Shown: one piece after another, positions 57,114-64,000 of the stretch
How the letters are laid out: the number at the start of each line of letters is the position of its first letter
Position numbering within the stretch: position 1 is the first letter of the stretch
DNA from: a virus
Lineage: Duplodnaviria > Caudoviricetes
DNA: 64,000 nt
Strand: one strand, 5' to 3'
Virus record (IMG/VR): IMGVR_UViG_3300023213_000432
Coordinates: 160,001 to 224,000 of that record
Notes under the pieces: generated by a model
The model's input: the letters and a program-made list of their open reading frames with translations, nothing else
Database searches by the model: none
Told to the model about the DNA's origin: nothing
Position numbers and translations under genes: made by a program

Positions 57114-59431
57114 GATCTTATTTTAATGTGATCTTTGTCAAGAAGTAATATCTTCGGTTGCCAATTATGTCCTCCCCACTTTGTTTTATATCTCTCAATA
57201 TCTGTTTGGGGATAATGATATGAGGGTGAAAGATTAAGGGTTGGAGGATGATCTGCAAAATATTTGTTGAGTATACTTTCATCATGGTAAATTGGAATTA
57301 TTCCATTTTTTTGATCTTCTTCCAATGCTTCGGAGCACCATTTGGCTAATTCTAAATATTGCTCTCGTTTCCCGCCACTAAATCCGCCACCATAATAAAA
57401 TTTTCTTTTAGCAGGTTCAATGTAAGATGTTGATTTGGTATTGTTTTCAAATGGGCCACTTCCATCTAAATGCCCACAATGCCTTACTCCCACTAATTGT
57501 TCTATGATCGCATTATTCACAGTATCAACAAACAAACAATCTACATCAACATAAAAAAGATATTCTTCTTGCACAAACTTATCAGCATGTTGTGTAAAAT
57601 GTTTAAATCTATCCATGCTTGCATACGGGAAAGGTCGATGTTCAATTGGTATCTTGATAACTGGACGCCTAGAAACAATTTCAGCATTACTATCCGTGAA
57701 AATATAATAAGACACGTCATAATCATTTAGGAAATAATTATCAGCGGAAGAAATCATTCCCTGAATAAATCGATCATACTTGCCCGTAGCAATCATTATT
57801 AAGCCAACAGTAGTTCTGAAGGGGTTCGTATCTACTCGTTGATACTTGGGCAACCCTCGAATATAGCGATCCAAAAATTGCTGCATTTCCATATTAACTT
57901 TATGATCATTAATTGGATTTTCCAAATTATAGACATAAAGAATATCATGCAAATATTTGGCTCGATGTCCCGACATTTCCATCATGGGAAACATCATGGC
58001 CAAGTCCCATGTCATTGGATAGAAGTGTCCATCCTTCATCAAATCTTCTTTTTTAATCTCCTTGAATAACCAAGCATAGAAAGTTCTCAAATGGCTAGCG
58101 CCCCAAGTAAAATTGCGAAAAGAGTTAGAATCAATCACGTGACCCGGATAGGGAGCAGCTACTCCTACTCCGCCCATTGGATGATTAGTATATTGTCCAT
58201 AAGTCATCCAGATGTCTTCTCTGGAATAAATATCATTGAGTCGATTAAGAACATTATCATTGGGAAGCCAATCATCTCCATCCAACGTTAGCACGATTTC
58301 GTCATCCCCGCAACTATGGATCATATTGTAAAGATTGCCTAATGCACCAATTCTAGTTTCATTTTTATGCACGGTAGCAATATTAGCTCGTCCCGAAGCA
58401 TGCACTGCCTCTTTGACCAAGCCAAAAGTGTTGTCCTTAGAACAGTCATCGGTAAATAGCACCCGAAAATTATCGTAATTTTGATTAAGAGCAGAATTAA
58501 TATTCCTCATGCACCATTGAGCATTATTGTAGCTTGGAATGACAATAGCAAACCTTTTGCCATGCTTAAAGTTACGAGTCCTAATACGGATAGGTGGATT
58601 AGAAATAGGAGCGCCGCCGGGCGCAGCTGTTGGCACATGTCCAGACAAAGATGGCGGAGTAAAGAAAACTGGTGGGGATTGACTGGCGGTGGTTTGATAT
58701 CGATAATTGGCTGTTTGGAAAAAATTGAGGGATGGAGGAATAAGAGATGGCGGAGGCTCTGGGGGGGATGGAGGAATCGGACGAGCAAACTGAATGGGAC
58801 TGGTATTTTTGACCGCAATCCATAATCTTCGATTGTTTGAATTGCTTTTTCCATCGTTTCTATCTACCCAATCATAGGTATAATCACCGGAATTGAATCT
58901 ATTGTTGTCCAATCGTTTCCAATTCATTCCACATTCTGCCATAACTCGTTCAATAGCGGCGGTGGAAGGACGACAACTTACCCCGTTAATAGAGAGATCG
59001 TAGATGGCTTTGTTTTCTTGAAGCAATTCATGTTTGAAGGGATCCGCGGAGTCGCAAACGGTGGTTTCTAGGACTAGGTGAGTAGTGGCTGCACAAACTG
59101 CCCGCAAATGAGCCGTATAATCTCGCAAATGACAAAGCAAATCCAAATCTAAAATAATATCAAAAGCTTTATTGCCGAAGGGCCAGCCTTGATCTAAATC
59201 GGCTTGCAGGGTTTTGATGCCGGGATATTTTTTATTGGCTACTTTAAGATGTTCTGGACGGGCATCTATCGCGGTGACATCAGCACCTAATCGATATAAG
59301 GCAGCACTAATATCAGCGTGCCCACATCCTAGATCTAGAAGCCGCTTATAATAGAAAAACTTATAGCCATAGAATTCAATAATACCTTTGATGCGTTTGG
59401 CGTTCCAATCAATATAGCGTCCGTCGAACAC
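57110..59431 (-). CDS. three-domain protein: SAM methyltransferase, GT2 and GT6
   Basis: LDLGCGHA; Pro-rich linker; VIPSYN...DDCS...LDGDD; IATGKY...YVDVD...YYGGGFSGG...HDESILNKY. Confidence 0.88.
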   Translation of the reverse strand: MFDGRYIDWNAKRIKGIIEFYGYKFFYYKRLLDLGCGHADISAALYRLGADVTAIDARPEHLKVANKKYPGIKTLQADLDQGWPFGNKAFDIILDLDLLCHLRDYTAHLRAVCAATTHLVLETTVCDSADPFKHELLQENKAIYDLSINGVSCRPSTAAIERVMAECGMNWKRLDNNRFNSGDYTYDWVDRNDGKSNSNNRRLWIAVKNTSPIQFARPIPPSPPEPPPSLIPPSLNFFQTANYRYQTTASQSPPVFFTPPSLSGHVPTAAPGGAPISNPPIRIRTRNFKHGKRFAIVIPSYNNAQWCMRNINSALNQNYDNFRVLFTDDCSKDNTFGLVKEAVHASGRANIATVHKNETRIGALGNLYNMIHSCGDDEIVLTLDGDDWLPNDNVLNRLNDIYSREDIWMTYGQYTNHPMGGVGVAAPYPGHVIDSNSFRNFTWGASHLRTFYAWLFKEIKKEDLMKDGHFYPMTWDLAMMFPMMEMSGHRAKYLHDILYVYNLENPINDHKVNMEMQQFLDRYIRGLPKYQRVDTNPFRTTVGLIMIATGKYDRFIQGMISSADNYFLNDYDVSYYIFTDSNAEIVSRRPVIKIPIEHRPFPYASMDRFKHFTQHADKFVQEEYLFYVDVDCLFVDTVNNAIIEQLVGVRHCGHLDGSGPFENNTKSTSYIEPAKRKFYYGGGFSGGKREQYLELAKWCSEALEEDQKNGIIPIYHDESILNKYFADHPPTLNLSPSYHYPQTDIERYKTKWGGHNWQPKILLLDKDHIKIRS

Positions 59432-59448
59432 TTGAATAATCCTCTTTC

Positions 59449-60216
59449 TTATTTATTGGATTTTATTAGTCGAAGGGTTTGATGACGAATTCTATTAACA
59501 CCATCTAAACAATTTTGTTTAGCAGACAAAGGACGAAGATTGGAAAGAGCCCAACACTTTTTAAAATTGTCATCTTTCATAGACATGTAAGGCAAATCAG
59601 ATTGAGGAATAATATGATCAATTTGCCAAGTCCAAGTATTTGGATCTTTATCGTTCCATATTTTAGCGTTGTATTTGCCATGATTATTCCAGTTCATCCA
59701 AGGCTCAAATTGGTTTTCGAGGTGAGCTTTCAGTTTTTCTTTTGTGTAATTCAAATATTCTAATATGGAGTGTCCTTCTTTGGAACTGGCGTTGGCTTTA
59801 AGCGCATGTCCAATTTGGATGGAAAAATATTGTCTTAATTTATAAGACGGATCTTTTAACCGGTGTCTTTTTTCATTTTTAGCTTTGCGGGCATTTATGG
59901 ATACTTTATTTGCTTGACGATATTGTTTATTAAATGTTTTTGCCTTTTCTTTATTGATTTGATAATATTGCTTATTGTAGATAGTTTTTTGTGATTTTTT
60001 AGTTTGATTATTGTATTTTATTTTTTCCTTATTATTTTGATAGTATTGTTTGGCATATGTTATTTTTTCTTCTTTATTATTTAGATAGTGTTGTTTGGCG
60101 TAATTGTTTTGGCATTCTTTGCATAATGAAGAGTTTTTACTGAATTGATCAATGGGTTTGTTTAATCTGCAGGCTCGTTCGGGAAAATTTTTGCTATTAC
60201 ATTGCTTTGTTTTCAT
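59449..60216 (-). CDS. HNH-like endonuclease (same family as 56430)
   Basis: WQIDHIIP...CWALSNLRPLSAKQN; KQYYQ repeats. Confidence 0.7.
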   Translation of the reverse strand: MKTKQCNSKNFPERACRLNKPIDQFSKNSSLCKECQNNYAKQHYLNNKEEKITYAKQYYQNNKEKIKYNNQTKKSQKTIYNKQYYQINKEKAKTFNKQYRQANKVSINARKAKNEKRHRLKDPSYKLRQYFSIQIGHALKANASSKEGHSILEYLNYTKEKLKAHLENQFEPWMNWNNHGKYNAKIWNDKDPNTWTWQIDHIIPQSDLPYMSMKDDNFKKCWALSNLRPLSAKQNCLDGVNRIRHQTLRLIKSNK

Positions 60217-61070
60217 GTATTTTTAATAGAACTTTGGTGACGAATTTTGGTGGCGCCATCGATGTAATTTTGTTTTGCGGAAAATGGACGGAGATTATCT
60301 AGTGCCCAACATTTTAGAAAGTTTTCTTCTTTCATTGACTTAAATGGAAGAACACTCTGTGGAATAATATGATCTATTTGCCAAATCCAAGTTGAAATAT
60401 CATTATCATTCCATGTTTTTGCATTGTATTTGCCATAATTATTCCAATTCATCCATGGTTCAAAAAGATTTTCGATGTGTTCTTTTAATTGTCTTGCGGT
60501 GTAGGGTAAAAATTCTAATGTTGAATGTCCTTCTTTAGAGCCACCATTGGATTTGAGAATGCGCCCAATTCTAATGGATATGTATTGTCTTAATTTGAAT
60601 TCTGGATTCTCGGCGCGCCTTTTATGCTCTCGTTTTGATTTTTGTATGTTGATCGTTTCTTTGTTTTCTTTGCTGTATTTTTTATTATAATCTCGAACTT
60701 CTTCTTTATGATCTTGTTTATATTTTTGGTTATAATTCTTAATTTCTTTTTTATGCTTTAATTTCCATTGACAACTACGATCATTTTCGCAGAATCTACA
60801 ATCGCTTCTATAATACCCTCCATCGAATCTAAATTCAGTTATTGGTTTTGATATTAAACATTTAGGACATTTCTTGATGGTTCCTTCTAACTTTTGAACA
60901 TAAATATCAATGGCTTTTGGCGACTTGGCTCGTTCTTTTTTGGAGAACACGTTTTTTTTATTAGCACAATTTTTGCACAGAGAAGAATGACTGTGAAATT
61001 GATCAATCGGCTTTATTAAATTACATGACCAATCTGGGTGCTTTTTACTGTTGCATTGTTTTGTTTTCAT
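60213..61070 (-). CDS. HNH-like endonuclease (same family as 56430)
   Basis: WQIDHIIP...CWALDNLRPFSAKQN; CPKC/CRFC. Confidence 0.7.
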   Translation of the reverse strand: MKTKQCNSKKHPDWSCNLIKPIDQFHSHSSLCKNCANKKNVFSKKERAKSPKAIDIYVQKLEGTIKKCPKCLISKPITEFRFDGGYYRSDCRFCENDRSCQWKLKHKKEIKNYNQKYKQDHKEEVRDYNKKYSKENKETINIQKSKREHKRRAENPEFKLRQYISIRIGRILKSNGGSKEGHSTLEFLPYTARQLKEHIENLFEPWMNWNNYGKYNAKTWNDNDISTWIWQIDHIIPQSVLPFKSMKEENFLKCWALDNLRPFSAKQNYIDGATKIRHQSSIKNT

Positions 61071-61840
61071 GAATCGTTTAATTCTTGAAGCGAAAATGGT
61101 AAATAGATGGGCTTTTTACCAGAACTATAATCGTGACAGTCCTGAAAGAATTTAGGACGGTTCTCATCACCATATTTATTTTTGAACTCTCTATATTCGC
61201 CTTTGTCTAATTCACCAGACCCAAAATGAAGACCATTTTCTTTGATGTATCCAAGGCGGTATCCTGCTAATCGCGCTCTCCATCCCCAATTTGCGTCTTC
61301 ATGGGCATACCATTTATATTCCGTGGTAAAGAACCCAATTTTCTCATGCAAATCTCTTTCAAACACCATATTTGCAGTTCCTAGGTTACCTGCCGCTTTA
61401 TGTTGAAAAGTCTTTCCATTCTGAGTAATCAGCGGGTATATAGCGTCTTCCATATTAACACCGATTGAAAACCTACTCACTGCCGTCATAATATCCACAC
61501 ATTCTTTCAACCATCCCATCGGCATTTCTACATCATTATCCAAGCATCCCAAAAAATAGTCCTTATATTTATCGGCAATCTGAAGTCCTTGATTTCTTCC
61601 GCTAGCAATTCCTAAATTTTTCTCATTGCAGTGTAGATCATAATTTTGACAATATTCCGATTTTTTTAAAAGAGAGGGTAGTTCATCAGAGAGCCAACTA
61701 ACGGTGCCATCTAAACTTCCATTATCTACTACAATCAATCTGAATGGTGAATTAGTAGTCATTAACAAGCTGGACATCATTCTTTTGGTAAGCTCTAATC
61801 GATTGTAAGTGCAAAGCATCAAAGAAACAGTGGTAGTCAT
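61067..61840 (-). CDS. glycosyltransferase family 2
   Basis: CTYNR, VVDNGSLDGT, NLGIASGRN, LDND, HED. Confidence 0.9.
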   Translation of the reverse strand: MTTTVSLMLCTYNRLELTKRMMSSLLMTTNSPFRLIVVDNGSLDGTVSWLSDELPSLLKKSEYCQNYDLHCNEKNLGIASGRNQGLQIADKYKDYFLGCLDNDVEMPMGWLKECVDIMTAVSRFSIGVNMEDAIYPLITQNGKTFQHKAAGNLGTANMVFERDLHEKIGFFTTEYKWYAHEDANWGWRARLAGYRLGYIKENGLHFGSGELDKGEYREFKNKYGDENRPKFFQDCHDYSSGKKPIYLPFSLQELNDS

Positions 61841-61933
61841 AAGAAAGGATATATCAAAGAATGATGATTAACTTATTGATTTTTAGCGGGATGTGGATCG
61901 TTATTTTGTCCCTGCTAACTCTTTCGTATATGG

Positions 61934-62473
61934 TTGATGACCCCCCGTCTAATTAGGCTTAGGTTTTGGCAAAAATTAGCCCAATCAATACCTGCTAATC
62001 TTCCCACAGCTCAAGTAACTAAAAATCAACCAGTGAGCGGAACTCCTCCCACTTTTATCGCCTCCGAGTGGTATCCTTCTATTATTATTGGGTGGCAGTC
62101 TAAAAATGTTCCTTGGATTAATGGTTTAACTAGTTTAATCAATACTGCTTTATTTTACACCAGCAACGGACAAATTCATATTCCTTGGATGCGAGCCCAA
62201 AACTTCTTTTTTCAATTGGATCAGATCCCCTCAGTTGATCTACGTAATTTAATGAACTTTACCAAACTTATGTATAATCAAATTTTTACCAATTTAGGAT
62301 ATTCTTATCAACAATCATTAACGCCCCAACAAATAACAGCAAAAGTTAATATTTTGCGGAATAGTCCATTCCTTCTCAATTTATCTTTGACCAACCCAAG
62401 TTCCCAACTAGCGAGCAAAATCGGCGGAAATCTTCGACAATTTATCGTTAATTATTTGTTGCAAATTAAATAA
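61934..62473 (+). CDS. hypothetical protein
   Basis: 179-aa ORF; RLRFWQKLAQ start. Confidence 0.65.
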   Translation: MMTPRLIRLRFWQKLAQSIPANLPTAQVTKNQPVSGTPPTFIASEWYPSIIIGWQSKNVPWINGLTSLINTALFYTSNGQIHIPWMRAQNFFFQLDQIPSVDLRNLMNFTKLMYNQIFTNLGYSYQQSLTPQQITAKVNILRNSPFLLNLSLTNPSSQLASKIGGNLRQFIVNYLLQIK

Positions 62474-62495
62474 TCCATCGTTATATTTTTTCCCA

Positions 62496-63284
62496 ATGTC
62501 CTCCATCAAGCTCAAAGATCGAATCGATTCTTATCGTGAAGCATCTCAATATTATCTCACTCCTCGGCTTCCCATTATCATCTCGGTGAATGGTAGGGCA
62601 TCTTCCAAATTAACATCCCTATTGGATAAGCCATATGATGCCAAATTTGCAGAGTGTATTCTTTCTACGGCTCAACAACTATGTTCCGAGATTGAAGGTG
62701 CAGTTTTGGCGTATCAGCATAATGACGAAATTGTGGTAATAGCTCGAAATGATCAATCTTTAAATACTCTTCCTTGGTTTGATAATAAACTTCAAAAAAT
62801 TTGTTCTATTGCTGCCTCCATTGCTACGGAACATTTTGGTGCTTGTTGCGCTGCAGTAGAGTTAAATTTGTGCGGAGCTTCTCATTTCTTTTCGGAAGTT
62901 TTTGTGGTACCCAACGAAGTGGAAGCTATCAATACCATCATTTATAATCAGCAAAAAAATCTACATACTTCTATTCAGTTCGCTTGCTATTACGAGTTTA
63001 TCAAAAAACATGACAAAAATGCTATTCGAGATATGTTACAGGGATTAAGTATTGATGAAAAGATCGATCTACTCCGTCAAGATTGTGGAGTAAATTTCAA
63101 CGAATACCCAGCGGTATTTCGCAGAGGAGCAGCTATCTATAAAGCTCCAACTTTTACAGAAGAAGGCGGCATTAAAAACAAATGGGTAATTAATAAAGAA
63201 TTGCCAATTTTTTCTAAGGATCAAGTGCTGCTCAATAACATTCTTCGAACTGGAAGCGATATTGTTCGGAAAGAGAGTTTTTGA
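62496..63284 (+). CDS. divergent Thg1-like protein
   Basis: Colinear with 13561..14316 (LKDRIDSYR, LPIIISVNGR, YQHNDEI, WFDNKLQKI, GVNFNEYP...RRG) but VDG is VNG and QSDE is HNDE. Confidence 0.8.
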   Translation: MSSIKLKDRIDSYREASQYYLTPRLPIIISVNGRASSKLTSLLDKPYDAKFAECILSTAQQLCSEIEGAVLAYQHNDEIVVIARNDQSLNTLPWFDNKLQKICSIAASIATEHFGACCAAVELNLCGASHFFSEVFVVPNEVEAINTIIYNQQKNLHTSIQFACYYEFIKKHDKNAIRDMLQGLSIDEKIDLLRQDCGVNFNEYPAVFRRGAAIYKAPTFTEEGGIKNKWVINKELPIFSKDQVLLNNILRTGSDIVRKESF

Positions 63285-63535
63285 TGGATTGTTTTAAATC
63301 TAAATGCCCTTGTTGTGGTCACATCATTTATTGGATGGGATCTAATACTTTCTTTGTTAAGATTGATTATCCTGTGTGTTTTCGATGTGGCACTCAAACT
63401 CGAGAACAAGACAAAAGTATTGATCGAGAAAGTATTATTGGGAGAACATATGAGTTAAGGTTGCTAAGAGCTTTGATGGATATTCCTGATATTCACTGGG
63501 ATATTCAAGCATTTATTCATGAGCACAAACATTAA
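63281..63535 (+). CDS. small zinc-ribbon hypothetical protein
   Basis: CPCC...CFRC. Confidence 0.55.
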   Translation: MMDCFKSKCPCCGHIIYWMGSNTFFVKIDYPVCFRCGTQTREQDKSIDRESIIGRTYELRLLRALMDIPDIHWDIQAFIHEHKH

Positions 63536-63812
63536 AAAATTGGTGGTATTAGCGGATGCTTTTGAGAAGAAATTGGCAACAGAAAATGCAGGTGAATATG
63601 GTGGAAAAGGTGAATTTGAGTTGCCGTCAGACCATAAAGCTGCAATGGTTTTGAAAAACGGAACATTTTCTTGTGCGAACTGTAAGTTCGTTAATGTTGA
63701 AAAACACGAATGTAATAGTGTTCATTATATTAAATGGAATGGTGAAAGCAGAAAATTACCAAATGCGCCGCTCACTTTTATTTGCTCAGATTGGTTTGAG
63801 CCGAAAAATTGA
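63519..63812 (+). CDS. hypothetical protein
   Basis: 97-aa ORF with CANC...C...CSDW. Confidence 0.6.
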   Translation: MSTNIKKLVVLADAFEKKLATENAGEYGGKGEFELPSDHKAAMVLKNGTFSCANCKFVNVEKHECNSVHYIKWNGESRKLPNAPLTFICSDWFEPKN

Positions 63813-63860
63813 TGAGTAGGAATTGACAATGCTACATAAATAATTATTATGTATGTGTGC

Positions 63861-63931
63861 GCCTCGTTAGTTTAACAGTAAAACATGCTGATGTGTATCA
63901 GCAATCGTCAGATCATTTCTGACACGAGGCT
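63861..63931 (+). ncRNA. tRNA-like RNA with perfect stems but non-canonical loops
   Basis: Acceptor GCCTCGT/ACGAGGC; D-stem GTTT/AAAC with no GG in the loop; anticodon arm TGCTG-ATGTGTAT-CAGCA (8-nt loop); T-loop ATCATTT. Confidence 0.6.
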
Positions 63932-63941
63932 CCCAAAGTAA

Positions 63942-64000
63942 GCCCATTTCGTATAGTGGTTATTACTTAACTTCGGTAAAGTTGAAAGCTGAGTTCGATT
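63942..64000 (+). tRNA. tRNA-Thr(GGT), truncated by the window end
   Basis: GCCCATT..., anticodon arm TAACT-TCGGTAA-AGTTG (C at position 33), T-arm begins CTGAG-TTCGATT. Confidence 0.7.

Noticed and set aside
1-64000. Alternative genetic code (TAG or TGA recoding, seen in some huge phages)
   Set aside because: Long conserved genes are intact in code 11, and TAG, TGA and TAA all end genes at the expected positions. The internal stops in tnpB (12972) and repeat copy 7 (41935) are isolated lesions of different codons.
1-64000. CRISPR array or cas genes
   Set aside because: No regularly spaced 25-45-bp repeats were seen. The RuvC proteins are TnpB/IsrB with IS605-type ends, not Cas12/Cas9.

Overview
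AT-rich, densely coding 64 kb that reads in standard code 11. It is most consistent with a huge (jumbo) bacteriophage. This is an inference, since no capsid, terminase or polymerase gene is in the window. The support is: tsf, groES and aceA each isolated from their usual operon partners; scattered tRNAs; many short hypothetical ORFs; and many free-standing homing endonucleases. Contents: (i) translation and tRNA maintenance genes (EF-Ts, Pth2, two Thg1-like proteins, Pnkp, RNA ligase, 5-6 tRNAs, 2 aberrant tRNA-like RNAs); (ii) auxiliary metabolic and proteostasis genes (isocitrate lyase, two IscA/HesB, thioredoxin, Hsp20, GroES); (iii) IS200/IS605 (OMEGA) elements, namely one IsrB with upstream omegaRNA, two intact near-identical TnpB elements, one broken TnpB, and a 253-bp TnpB-derived mini-element that splits groES; (iv) a ~19-kb glycan biosynthesis cluster with GDP-fucose synthesis, an intein in the GDP-L-fucose synthase, a GT11 fucosyltransferase and an ABO-like GT6 domain; (v) eight dispersed copies of an unknown ~110-aa gene whose central segment is hypervariable, variable in length and unusually rich in NNC codons. 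Item (v) is the least explained signal in the window. All calls come from reading motifs by eye; no database searches were run.
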